IMG/VR virus record: IMGVR_UViG_3300005337_000441
Span: 124,001 to 188,000 of that record
Length of the DNA stretch: 64,000 bases
Reading direction: 5' to 3' (one strand)
Shown here: piece by piece, positions 9,060 through 17,950 of the stretch
Layout of the letters: every line of letters starts with the position of its first letter
How positions within the stretch are numbered: the stretch's first letter is position 1
The notes under the pieces: model-generated
Told to the model about the DNA's origin: nothing
Database searches by the model: none
Seen by the model: the letters and a program-made list of their open reading frames with translations, nothing else
Position numbers and translations under genes: made by a program

Positions 9060-10561
9060 ACTTGTGCCACATCCAGAGGAATGATGTTCGTGTGATGCGG
9101 GAACTTGTCGTTGCCGGTGTGGTCGGTGCCGCACTGCGGACACTTGAACACCGGGATACCGATCACGCTCGTCGTGGAGGTGGAGATGTAGTTCACGACT
9201 TCCAGCAGGAAGCGGTCACGGATCTCGTCGTCGGCGGTGAGCAGAGCGAGCATCTCGTCGACCGACTCGCGGTCATCGGTGATGTTGCCCTGGAATTCGA
9301 TCGACTCGATCCAGTGTGCGTACTGGCGCAGCGCCGAAGCCTGGCCTTGCAGCGTGATGGTGTTGTTGCGTTCGTTGGTCGACGCATCGATGCCGAGTGC
9401 ACGGTCGACGTTCTCGACGATGCCATTGATCCACTGGTGACCAGAGGAGATGTACTCGGTGATCGAGGGCGAACGCAGCGTGAAGGACACTTCATTCTGC
9501 TTGCCTTCGTTGACCGTGATGCGCTTGTGCTGCAGGCGAGCGAGCTCTTCCTTGTAGCGCTTGATCTCGGCCAGCGTCTTGAGCTTGGGCTGGCGCGAAG
9601 ACATGTGCGTCTTCTGCCATTCCGTCAGCGTCTTCATGTTGGTCCACTGAAGCTTCATGACGTTCAGCGTTTCCTTGAGCACGAAGTTGCACTTCTCGGG
9701 ATTGCTGATGCAGGCACGCTCGTAGAGGAAGCCGCGCGGATACATCGTGCAGACGAAACCCCACAGCAGGCTCGGAATGTCCTGGCAGACCACATGGTCA
9801 CGCAGGTTTTCCTTGTTGACGTCTTCGGTCTTGGTCGTCAGGTTGTAGACGTGGTCCAGAGCGAAGTCGACCAGGCGGTCGATGGTGAACGCCGTCATGT
9901 TGGAGTACATGAGGCCGTAGGAGGAGCGACCGAACTTGATCTTGTCGGCCATCATCGAGCGGTTGAGCTCGACGATCTCGGCTTCTGTGGGCGGCTTGAA
10001 CGTCACCCAGATGCCCGAATGCCACAGAGGCGCCTGAAACACCGTGCCGTGACCCAGGTGAGAGACCAGACGCAGCAGGGCGCGCTCACCCTTGATGTTC
10101 TGACCTTGGACTTCCTGGAACTGCGGCACCGAGCCGATCAGCGGACGACCACTGACTTGGTTGTTCTGGCGGAATTCGGAATCGGGCTCGGACATGGCAG
10201 CCACCAGAACTTCGTTCATGGTGTTGTAGTCCATGCCTTCACCCAGCACAGCCGACCAGCGACGAGCGTCAGGACTGTCGGTGAGCTTGATGTTGGGCGT
10301 GTGATCGATCGCTCGCACGGCCTTGCTGTCCAGGTCGCTGGGCAGGGCAAGTTGTTCGCCGCTGTCGCGCATCTCGGGCATGTTGACCGAGAAGTCCTGG
10401 ATGGCGTTGGTCTCGGCCACGACGACGACAGGTTCAGCAGCAGCCGGAGGCGGCACTTCACCGGACGGCGCAGGAGCAGCGTCAGGCGTCTCGTCCAGGA
10501 TCAGCGGAGGAACTTCTTCACCGGGCGGAGCCTTGTTCAGGGAGGGGTCTTCAGTGCTCAT
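9011..10561 (-). CDS. Putative baseplate hub assembly / tail assembly chaperone (T4 gp26-like), Zn-finger motifs
   Basis: VTFKPPT, DIPSLLWGFVCTMYPRG..RAC....C, FKCPQCG; acidic Pro-rich N-terminus. Confidence 0.6.
   Translation of the reverse strand: MSTEDPSLNKAPPGEEVPPLILDETPDAAPAPSGEVPPPAAAEPVVVVAETNAIQDFSVNMPEMRDSGEQLALPSDLDSKAVRAIDHTPNIKLTDSPDARRWSAVLGEGMDYNTMNEVLVAAMSEPDSEFRQNNQVSGRPLIGSVPQFQEVQGQNIKGERALLRLVSHLGHGTVFQAPLWHSGIWVTFKPPTEAEIVELNRSMMADKIKFGRSSYGLMYSNMTAFTIDRLVDFALDHVYNLTTKTEDVNKENLRDHVVCQDIPSLLWGFVCTMYPRGFLYERACISNPEKCNFVLKETLNVMKLQWTNMKTLTEWQKTHMSSRQPKLKTLAEIKRYKEELARLQHKRITVNEGKQNEVSFTLRSPSITEYISSGHQWINGIVENVDRALGIDASTNERNNTITLQGQASALRQYAHWIESIEFQGNITDDRESVDEMLALLTADDEIRDRFLLEVVNYISTSTTSVIGIPVFKCPQCGTDHTGNDKFPHHTNIIPLDVAQVFFGLITQRLERIATR
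9053..9059 (-). promoter_or_regulatory. Candidate -1 ribosomal frameshift heptamer T TTT TTC
   Basis: Codons GTT TTT TTC in frame of 9011-10561; the -1 frame AGT TTT TTT CGG is the open 8568 frame. Confidence 0.65.
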
Positions 10562-11153
10562 TGGGCTTGTCTTCCTTCACTTCGACGTCGGTGATGACGT
10601 TCGGGTCTTGTTCGGGCGTGAGCTGTGCGGCTTCTTCGTCGGCCAGCAGCTTGTTGCGAGCACGCAGCGTGAAGTCGGTGATGGTTTCCATCGCCGGGAA
10701 GACCAGCGCACGGAACTGCTCGTAGAGCAGCGTGTATTCCTGACCGCAACCCAGGTAGATGGTGAGCAGGCTCGCGTCGTGAACCTTGCCGCTGTACTGC
10801 TTGTGGCGGTCCTTGATGGCCACCAACGTGTCGCTGAAACGCAGCAGGTCGTCGGAGAGCGTCTGGATCGCAAGCGACAGCTCGGTGGTGTTGGTGAGCC
10901 GAGCGACGCGAATCGCAGCGACCGATTGGTTGACCTCGGTGCCGACGTTGATGATGCCCTGGGCGATCTCGTTGTACAGACCGTCCAAGCGACCCCAGTC
11001 CTGCAGACTCTGGCCATCGGGTTCCGGAACGTCGATGCCTTGCAGGACGAGATTTGCATGACCGCGCGCCATGAGACGATCGAGCAAAGGCGCTTCGGTG
11101 CAGCTCCCCTGGCGCACCTCGACGGGAGGAGTCGGTGTCGACTTGTTGTTCAC
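10551..11153 (-). CDS. Hypothetical protein
   Basis: GTG start with GGAG upstream, overlaps next gene start; strong codon bias. Confidence 0.75.
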   Translation of the reverse strand: MNNKSTPTPPVEVRQGSCTEAPLLDRLMARGHANLVLQGIDVPEPDGQSLQDWGRLDGLYNEIAQGIINVGTEVNQSVAAIRVARLTNTTELSLAIQTLSDDLLRFSDTLVAIKDRHKQYSGKVHDASLLTIYLGCGQEYTLLYEQFRALVFPAMETITDFTLRARNKLLADEEAAQLTPEQDPNVITDVEVKEDKPNEH

Positions 11154-11246
11154 GTGGAAATCTCCAAAATGGATGGCGTTTTATGTGTCAAGCGTGCCAC
11201 GCACTCTTGCTATACAATCCGTGTGTGACAAGGGTTTTTTCACCTA

Positions 11247-11257
11247 ACATATATTAG
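11247..11257 (+). promoter_or_regulatory. Putative promoter ACATATATTAG
   Basis: TATATTAG one mismatch from phiKZ early motif; in the divergent gap before the 11316 operon. Confidence 0.45.
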
Positions 11258-11315
11258 GGAAAACGTCTCCAACTCTGCTGATCGTATAGATACTTGTCTT
11301 GAAGGACAACACCAA

Positions 11316-12191
11316 ATGGACGAACTTTTGCAGTCTTTCGTGAGCACGTACTTCACGGAAGAACTTCAGCAGGAGATTCGCAGGAGCTTCTCGCTCTTCG
11401 ATTTCTTCGAATACGACCAAGCCTACGCAGGATTCCTCGACATCATCATGAATGAGTCGAACCTGGGTGGTGACGCGATGCGCGATCTCTTCATCGAGGA
11501 GCTGCATCGCAAATGCAACTTCGTGCTGGATCAGCACGAGCTCGAACTCTCGGAGGAAACCACCATCCCCGAGAAGAACGAGTTCATGCAAGCGCTCGCA
11601 CAGCTGCAGCACCTGGAAGACTACACCGGGGTGATCCGCACGCTGGAGAACATGGAGCAAGACGAGATGCAGTTCGCACAGATTGTGTCCGAACTCTCGA
11701 CGCTCAATGAAACCCAGGTGCTTTCTCTGGTTGTGAACTTCAACCCGCGTGTCCTCAAGATCTTGAAGGAGTTCATCTACTCCAAGGAGAGCGAGACGCC
11801 GGCTGAACCCAACGCCAAGTTGATCGCCAACCTGCGCATGTTCGATGCGGTGTTCGGCCAGAACCACATCGGCTACCACCTCATGCGCGCCGAGGTGCGT
11901 TTGAACGAACGCTTCGAGTCCTACCTGAGCTACGTCAAAGACGAACTCGTGGTGGAAGACGACGAGCAGTGCGCCCTCAACATCCTCTCGCTCATCTACC
12001 TGTCCAACGACGGGTTCAATTCGCCTCTGACGGTGTACCGCAAGTACAGCCATCATCTGCTCCAGAATCTGGACCGCGTCTCTCGTGTCGAAGTGAAGCT
12101 GCTGAACCTGCTCGGCCGCATGAACGAGCGCAAGCAGGCGGAGGACGAGAAAGCTCGACTCACCAACACCAACGTTGAGGTGTCTACATGA
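11316..12191 (+). CDS. Conserved hypothetical protein (phiKZ gp79 position)
   Basis: Long acidic ORF coupled (ATGA-type overlap) to vRNAP subunit. Confidence 0.75.
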   Translation: MDELLQSFVSTYFTEELQQEIRRSFSLFDFFEYDQAYAGFLDIIMNESNLGGDAMRDLFIEELHRKCNFVLDQHELELSEETTIPEKNEFMQALAQLQHLEDYTGVIRTLENMEQDEMQFAQIVSELSTLNETQVLSLVVNFNPRVLKILKEFIYSKESETPAEPNAKLIANLRMFDAVFGQNHIGYHLMRAEVRLNERFESYLSYVKDELVVEDDEQCALNILSLIYLSNDGFNSPLTVYRKYSHHLLQNLDRVSRVEVKLLNLLGRMNERKQAEDEKARLTNTNVEVST

Positions 12192-13489
12192 AGAAGCTGG
12201 ATTACCTCAAGCTCTTTTTCCAGCACAGGCTCTTCACCAAGAAGGCCATGCTGATCACGATGTTCAGCGTGACACGGACAGACTCGGGCAATCAGTCACC
12301 GTACCTGTACAAACTCGTGCCGCAACCCTGGGGCTATTCGTACTACGACGAGAAGATGGAGCTGCAGAAAATCGACGACTCCGTCGCCAATCAACCGCTC
12401 TTCACTTTCAAGGACCGGATCAACATTGATCCTTCCTGGATCGAGAACCTCTCCGAGGCGATCGAGACGAGCGTGGGCAACCTGCTCTTCAATCACTTCT
12501 GCGTGGTGACTGGCTTCGGCTCGAAGTTCCCCTACGTGCAAGGTCGCACCTCGGTCTCCAAGCTCGAAGACAAGATCGCCGAGCGGCTGCGCGACACGCC
12601 TGCCACGGATGCTGAACGCTCCACCGAGTACTTCTACTGTGACGAGTACCTGCGTTTCGTCGATGCGCTGGAGGACTTCAAGTCCCTCTCGCAACTCGCC
12701 GCCTGGTCCGCCACTCGCAAAGCTGTCCTTCCTCCCAAGGGTCTGGACGCTTTCAAGAAAGAACTGCTTGCCAAGTACAAAGGCAAACTCGACGATCCGG
12801 TGGAGATCGCCAAGTTCGAAAAGGAGCTCCTCGCTTTCGATGCGGAGTACCTCAAGGACGATCCGGCGTTTGGCACCTTCCTCTCGGGCAAGATCACCAA
12901 CACTGCTCGCAAGAAGCTCTTCCTCACGATGGGCAATGAGCAAGGGTTTGGTGATCCGCTGCGTGCCAACCCCGTGACCAACTCACTGCATGAGGGTTGG
13001 CCCACGGACGCCAAGCAATTCACTGCGATGATGAACGGTCTGCGGGTGGGTTCTTTTGCTCGCGGCTCTGAAACCATCAAGGGTGGTGTGTCGGCGAAGT
13101 ACCTGCTGCGCGCTGCCAACAATTTCAAAATCGACGACACCGACTGCGGAACTCAGTTCGGCATTCCTCGCGTCTACAACCACGACAACGCCGAGCAATT
13201 GGCCAAGCGTTCGGTCATCGAAAACGGTCGAAGCGTGCTGGTGGAAAATGCCGAGCAAGCGGGGAATTATCTGGGAAAACAGCTGCGGGTTCGCAGTCCC
13301 ATGTATTGCAAATTGCCTGGTGACGTCATCTGTAAGGTGTGCGCCGGCAATCGTCTTGCACAGTACCCAACCGGTCTCACCATCCCGCTCACCGAGATTT
13401 CAGCGATGATTCTCGCAGCGTCGATGAAGAGCATGCACACGTCAGGCACAAGCACCGCCAAGCTTGACATTCAAAAGAGCATTTCTTGA
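12188..13489 (+). CDS. rpoC: Virion RNA polymerase beta' subunit, middle part (phiKZ gp80-like)
   Basis: Bridge-helix-like GSFARGSETIKGG, DDTDCGT, RSPMYC...ICKVCAG Zn site. Confidence 0.88.
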   Translation: MKKLDYLKLFFQHRLFTKKAMLITMFSVTRTDSGNQSPYLYKLVPQPWGYSYYDEKMELQKIDDSVANQPLFTFKDRINIDPSWIENLSEAIETSVGNLLFNHFCVVTGFGSKFPYVQGRTSVSKLEDKIAERLRDTPATDAERSTEYFYCDEYLRFVDALEDFKSLSQLAAWSATRKAVLPPKGLDAFKKELLAKYKGKLDDPVEIAKFEKELLAFDAEYLKDDPAFGTFLSGKITNTARKKLFLTMGNEQGFGDPLRANPVTNSLHEGWPTDAKQFTAMMNGLRVGSFARGSETIKGGVSAKYLLRAANNFKIDDTDCGTQFGIPRVYNHDNAEQLAKRSVIENGRSVLVENAEQAGNYLGKQLRVRSPMYCKLPGDVICKVCAGNRLAQYPTGLTIPLTEISAMILAASMKSMHTSGTSTAKLDIQKSIS

Positions 13490-13505
13490 GATAAAAGGTC
13501 TAGCC

Positions 13506-14411
13506 ATGAGCTACGAAGGCAATAATCAACAAGGCCCGTACAACGGGCAACAAGAAGGTCAGGGCAACTCTGACGGCTGGGGCGCTCGTGGTCACGATCA
13601 TGGCGGCTCCGGCAACGGCGGCTACCAACAAAACCGTGGCGGTGGTGGTTACGGCGGTGGCCAAGGTGGCGGTGGCTACCAACCACGTCAAGGCGGCTAC
13701 CAAGGTGGTGGCGGTGGTGGCGGTCAAGGTGGCTTCCAGCGCGGCAACTTCCAAAAGGGCGGCGGTGGCGGCTTCAACAAGGGCGGCTTCCAACGCAAGG
13801 AAGATCCGCCCTCTGACGAGCTGTACATGACTTACGTGGGCACGGGCAACGACAACCCGCCCCCGCACGTCATCGACCAGATCAACCAGATCGCCAAGGA
13901 CCTGGAGACGCGCGGCTACACGCTGCGCACTGGCGGCATGAAAGGCTGCGAGGACGTCTTCGAGAAGGCGGTGGCCGCACGCGTGGAAGTGCACCTGCCC
14001 TGGCGCAACTTCGACAACAAGGACAGCAAGTTCACCTGGACGCCGGAGAACGCCAAGCTCATCGCTGCGCGCTTCCAACCTGGCTACGAGGGCCTCAAGC
14101 CCGTCATCCAGACCTTCCTGGCCAAGAACGTTCGCATGATCATGGGCGACAAGCTCAAGAGCCCCGCGCTCTTCATGGTCACGTGGTCCGAAGACGGTGC
14201 CGAGACGGCCCGGGAGAAGACGATCAAAACTGGCAATGCCGGTCACGCCATCCTCGTGGCTGCTGAGCTGAAGATTCCGGTCTTCAACCTCGGCAAGCAA
14301 GGTGCGATGGAGCGACTGTTCGCCTACCTCGACCAGAACAAGCCCCGTGAGCAGGTCCAACAGCAGCAGTCGCATCAGCCGCCGCAGCAGGATCACTCCT
14401 CGGATTACTGA
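13506..14411 (+). CDS. Gly/Gln-rich low-complexity domain fused to a degenerate SLOG (DprA/Smf/YpsA-like) domain
   Basis: YVGTG..., GYTLRTGGMKGCE, HLPWRNF, FMVTWSEDG, GNAGHAI..A..LKIPVFNL follow the SLOG pattern. Confidence 0.7.
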   Translation: MSYEGNNQQGPYNGQQEGQGNSDGWGARGHDHGGSGNGGYQQNRGGGGYGGGQGGGGYQPRQGGYQGGGGGGGQGGFQRGNFQKGGGGGFNKGGFQRKEDPPSDELYMTYVGTGNDNPPPHVIDQINQIAKDLETRGYTLRTGGMKGCEDVFEKAVAARVEVHLPWRNFDNKDSKFTWTPENAKLIAARFQPGYEGLKPVIQTFLAKNVRMIMGDKLKSPALFMVTWSEDGAETAREKTIKTGNAGHAILVAAELKIPVFNLGKQGAMERLFAYLDQNKPREQVQQQQSHQPPQQDHSSDY

Positions 14412-14431
14412 TCCTCTCTTCGAGCCCTCTC

Positions 14432-15496
14432 ATGTCTTCCAAGAACAAGCGTCAATTTCAATCCAAGCCGGCTCAAGTCGGCCAGGGTGCACAAGCACAA
14501 GGAACCCCCATGGCAATCCAAGATGACCAAAAAGATCCGAACGCAGCTGCAGGCGCTGCTCAAGAAGGTTCGCAAGAATCTGCTGGCTCTCCCGTTCTGA
14601 GCGGCGCTGCTGAAGCCGTCGTCGAGACCACTCGCGAAAGCCTGCTGGACGGCGACGCTGAAGGCGCACCCGCTCCTGGCGATGCCGGCACCGACGAGCA
14701 GCAGCAAGGTGGCACCGGTGACACGGGCGACGTCAAGGAACCCAAGCCCGAAGACACTGCCACGTTCCAGAACGGCGCCGGCGAGACGGCCACGATCGTT
14801 TCGCTGAGCAACGCCTCGGTCACGCAGATCCCGCCGCCGCCCACGCAACCCAACTCCACGGCTCCTGGCGTCATCGACGCTGGCGTGCAGGACAAGACCG
14901 CGGCCAAGCCCTCGGAAATCCCGCCGCCCCCGATGACCTCCGCCGCCAAGACCGACCAGGTCCCGCCGCCGCCCACCGTGGCCAAGGCTCCGGTGGCTGC
15001 TGTCGCCAAGACCGAGGTGGCTGAAGAGCCCACCGAGTTCGCCAAGTTCATGGCCAAGATCGAGGCCACCGGCACGCCCGCACAAAAGGCGCTGGTCGGC
15101 AACCTCGCTCAATACCTGAACAACATGAAGAAGGGTCGTCCGATGACTCCGGTCACCGGCGCCGCTCAGAACCACTTTCTGTGGAACACCCTGTTCCAAG
15201 TGGTCGAGAAGGCCGTCGCCGAAGACTTCCGCACCCAGTGGAACATCGTGCTGGCCTGGTTCGAAGAGCACAAGAACGACGCCTTCGGCCCGCGCCACGT
15301 CTTCCGCTTCGCCGAAGCCTGGACGCGTGACCCGGATCACCTGGCCGCCATGCAGCGCCTGATCAACCTGATCCACCTGACCAGCAACCGCGCCGAGCGC
15401 GAAGACAACCTCAAGCGCGTCGACCTCGGCCGCACCCTGGCGCACCCCTTCAGCGAAGAAGGCCGTTCGCGCGTCATGGGCTTCTACAACAAGTAA
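14432..15496 (+). CDS. Hypothetical protein, disordered Ala/Pro/Thr N-terminus and helical C-terminal domain
   Basis: Very strong codon bias; followed by terminator. Confidence 0.85.
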   Translation: MSSKNKRQFQSKPAQVGQGAQAQGTPMAIQDDQKDPNAAAGAAQEGSQESAGSPVLSGAAEAVVETTRESLLDGDAEGAPAPGDAGTDEQQQGGTGDTGDVKEPKPEDTATFQNGAGETATIVSLSNASVTQIPPPPTQPNSTAPGVIDAGVQDKTAAKPSEIPPPPMTSAAKTDQVPPPPTVAKAPVAAVAKTEVAEEPTEFAKFMAKIEATGTPAQKALVGNLAQYLNNMKKGRPMTPVTGAAQNHFLWNTLFQVVEKAVAEDFRTQWNIVLAWFEEHKNDAFGPRHVFRFAEAWTRDPDHLAAMQRLINLIHLTSNRAEREDNLKRVDLGRTLAHPFSEEGRSRVMGFYNK

Positions 15497-15516
15497 GCCA
15501 CATCGGCCAACAGCAC

Positions 15517-15565
15517 AAAGGCTCCCGAGGACCATCTAGGTCTTCGGGGCCTTTTGTCACCGTCT
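15517..15565 (+). terminator. Hairpin terminator
   Basis: AAAGGCTCCCGAGGACC-ATCTA-GGTCTTCGGGGCCTTT then TGTCACCGTCT. Confidence 0.75.
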
Positions 15566-15576
15566 AGGAGGAATCA

Positions 15577-15819
15577 ATGCCGAATGCAAAAGTGAAGAAG
15601 TGGGCCAAGGATGCTGGTGTCTCCGTGGAGAAGGCGGAGCTCGCCTGGCAGCAGGCCGTCACTTCGGCCGACATCAAATTGAAGGCTAAACAGTTCACGT
15701 CCAAGGACGCGCACTACTGGGCCTACGTCGACGTCTCCACTCGCAAGAAGTTGGGTCTGGAAACCAAGACCCGCGAGAAAGAGATCAAAGACAAGAAGGC
15801 TGCAAAAAAGAAGAAGTAG
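15577..15819 (+). CDS. Small Lys-rich protein
   Basis: AGGAGG RBS; 80 aa basic ORF. Confidence 0.8.
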   Translation: MPNAKVKKWAKDAGVSVEKAELAWQQAVTSADIKLKAKQFTSKDAHYWAYVDVSTRKKLGLETKTREKEIKDKKAAKKKK

Positions 15820-15839
15820 CCAGCGTAAAAGATTTCAGT

Positions 15840-15850
15840 CACATATACTT
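15840..15850 (+). promoter_or_regulatory. Putative promoter motif CACATATACTT
   Basis: Exact repeat of 912-922 motif; AT-rich gap before accessory genes. Confidence 0.55.
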
Positions 15851-15962
15851 AGCTTGATGTTATCCCTAGCGGATGACTTTAAGAGTAGGTGTACAGAGAC
15901 ATTCATCTACTCTTCCAAGTAACCAATATGTCTCTCCCTGAAGCAACTCTAGGAGAAACACC

Positions 15963-16316
15963 ATGCTTCGCAATTTCATTGCTACCCTGATCCTGACCAT
16001 CACTTCGGTCTCGGCTTTCGCCAATGGCTACTGCAATGGCAAGCCGACGTACCAAGAGCGTCAAGCTTGCCTGCGTGCAGCCAGCACGGACATGTTCGAG
16101 CCGCTTGCCCGTCAAGCCATCGATCGCATGAACCAGAACATCGCCACCCTCAAGCGTGACCTCCCGGCCACGCCTGCTCGTGCGGCGTTCTTCAAGCAAC
16201 TCGACGCCAAGCGCCAGAACATCGATGCCCAGTGCAAAACCAACGAATGCGTGGCCCGCAGCGTTGGTGGCCTGAACAACGAGATGGTCGCTTTCTACAA
16301 CGCCAACAAGAAGTAA
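15963..16316 (+). CDS. Exported protein with signal peptide and two Cys pairs (LprI/DUF1311-like inhibitor candidate)
   Basis: MLRNFIATLILTITSVSAFA signal peptide; C..x..C and CKTNEC. Confidence 0.7.
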   Translation: MLRNFIATLILTITSVSAFANGYCNGKPTYQERQACLRAASTDMFEPLARQAIDRMNQNIATLKRDLPATPARAAFFKQLDAKRQNIDAQCKTNECVARSVGGLNNEMVAFYNANKK

Positions 16317-16319
16317 GCC

Positions 16320-16664
16320 ATGCGTGACCTCATCGTCCTGCTGGTGAACTACCTGCATTCTCCGGCCGATGAAAAGCCGGAAGTGCTGGCCAAAGCGCGC
16401 ACCCTGATCGCCACCCGCTATCCTGAACTCATCAAAGCGCCTGCCGAGGAATTGGAAGGCGACAAGAAGTTCACGTTCTGGTGGCGTGACGGGACACGCT
16501 CGGTTCTGCTTGGTCCTACTGCCGATGCAGCCTTCACCCGAGCCGGTTACGGTGCGGGAGCGAAAGCTGCGGTGGACTGGTACGACTACGGTGATGTGGA
16601 TACTCACAAGTGGGTGTCCGAGACGAAATCGTGGATCCGCAAGGAGCCCATCATCTCCGCCTGA
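16320..16664 (+). CDS. Hypothetical protein
   Basis: Coupled to upstream gene; ends at terminator. Confidence 0.75.
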   Translation: MRDLIVLLVNYLHSPADEKPEVLAKARTLIATRYPELIKAPAEELEGDKKFTFWWRDGTRSVLLGPTADAAFTRAGYGAGAKAAVDWYDYGDVDTHKWVSETKSWIRKEPIISA

Positions 16665-16694
16665 AAAGGGGACCTCCCAAGGTTCTCTTTTTTT
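16664..16694 (+). terminator. Intrinsic terminator
   Basis: AAAAGGGGACC-TCCCAA-GGTTCTCTTTT plus T-run. Confidence 0.7.
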
Positions 16695-16720
16695 GTGTTC
16701 CCCCCAAGAAGAAAGTCAAC

Positions 16721-17338
16721 ATGCAATTCCTGTTCAATCTCTTTTCCAAGCTCTTCGCTGCTCCGATCCAGCGTCTGATCGACTCTGCGCTGATGCAAGA
16801 CCAAACCAACCGCACGGAGCGCGCCGTGGCGGCGAATCTGTCGCGTCTGAGCGGTTTCATCAACGCACCGGTCATCTGCTTCGATATCGACATCGGCAAT
16901 CCCGTCGTGGGCATGGGTCTGCGCATTGGCTACGACGGCGCCAACAAGGTGCAGCGTTTGATCGTCAGGGACTACCTCACCGGTCGAGAGACGATGGTGC
17001 GCTGGAAGATCTATCCCTACAACCGTCCTCTGCTGGCCGCTGCGTTCGATCTCGACAAGAAGGCGCTCATGCCACTCATGTGGCAAGATCATGAAGCGAT
17101 CTACTATCGCGAATTCAACCCGTCCAAGGAGCCGCTGCTCACCTACGAAGCCGGCATGGAAGTGCTCATCGAGAACAAGTTCTTTGCTGCCGTGGACGCC
17201 CACTACCTCACGCTGCAAGCCATCAGCAATGTGAGCCAGCTCACCGATCCGCTGGCGTTGCAAGATGCGATGACCGACCCCACGGCTGCTGGCATCATCC
17301 AGGACGCCAAAGACGGCGTTTACGGCCGCAAATCCTGA
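16721..17338 (+). CDS. Hypothetical protein
   Basis: Start MQFLFNL after terminator; coding-like bias. Confidence 0.75.
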   Translation: MQFLFNLFSKLFAAPIQRLIDSALMQDQTNRTERAVAANLSRLSGFINAPVICFDIDIGNPVVGMGLRIGYDGANKVQRLIVRDYLTGRETMVRWKIYPYNRPLLAAAFDLDKKALMPLMWQDHEAIYYREFNPSKEPLLTYEAGMEVLIENKFFAAVDAHYLTLQAISNVSQLTDPLALQDAMTDPTAAGIIQDAKDGVYGRKS

Positions 17339-17432
17339 TATAAGGTGGGAGACCCCTAACCGGGTCTTCTTCTCCTCAGAGGACTGTTGAGAGATAGGCT
17401 GGTCGGTCTCCCTATCCTCACCCCCTGTTCAC

Positions 17433-17467
17433 GCCACCTCCCTCACCGGAGGTGGCTCTTTTTTTTT
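17433..17467 (+). terminator. Intrinsic terminator
   Basis: GCCACCTCC-CTCACC-GGAGGTGGC followed by TCTTTTTTTTT. Confidence 0.85.
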
Positions 17468-17472
17468 GCCTT

Positions 17473-17694
17473 GTGATTAGATTAGACGCCACCGCCTATC
17501 GTCTTCCAGTTGCATTGCAGGAATATATCAACTGGGCCAATACCCATAAACGAGTTGAGTTGATCACTCCAAAGACTGTCCCGATGTTGCCCATCGTGCT
17601 GGAGTCCGACTTCTTCATCTACACCTACCGACCTGGTCCTGTGGCCAGGGTAACCGTGACACCCAACATTGGGCGTCTTATCGCTGTCGCATAA
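17473..17694 (+). CDS. Possible small hypothetical protein
   Basis: Open frame, 3' half has coding-like codons, stop abuts next RBS; start uncertain. Confidence 0.35.
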   Translation: MIRLDATAYRLPVALQEYINWANTHKRVELITPKTVPMLPIVLESDFFIYTYRPGPVARVTVTPNIGRLIAVA

Positions 17695-17705
17695 CAGGAG
17701 GACTT

Positions 17706-17948
17706 ATGTCCGCTGCACAAGAAGGATCGTTCGTTTACCTCGTCGCGGTTTACCTCGTCTCGCTTGCCATCTGTTTGGTGCTCACCTGGCAGTATTGGCG
17801 CGATCCGAACATGAAGGCCTCTGAGCACAGCACCGCTGTGTTCTTTGCGGTGTTCGTCATGGTGCCAGTTTCGATCATCCCAGTCCTCAACACGCTATTC
17901 GCCATTTACTTGTTCAGCAAGTGGCATAGCAAGAACATGAAGTCCTGA
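17706..17948 (+). CDS. Small two-TM membrane protein
   Basis: AGGAGG RBS; two hydrophobic segments; IPVLN motif. Confidence 0.75.
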   Translation: MSAAQEGSFVYLVAVYLVSLAICLVLTWQYWRDPNMKASEHSTAVFFAVFVMVPVSIIPVLNTLFAIYLFSKWHSKNMKS

Positions 17949-17950
17949 CC

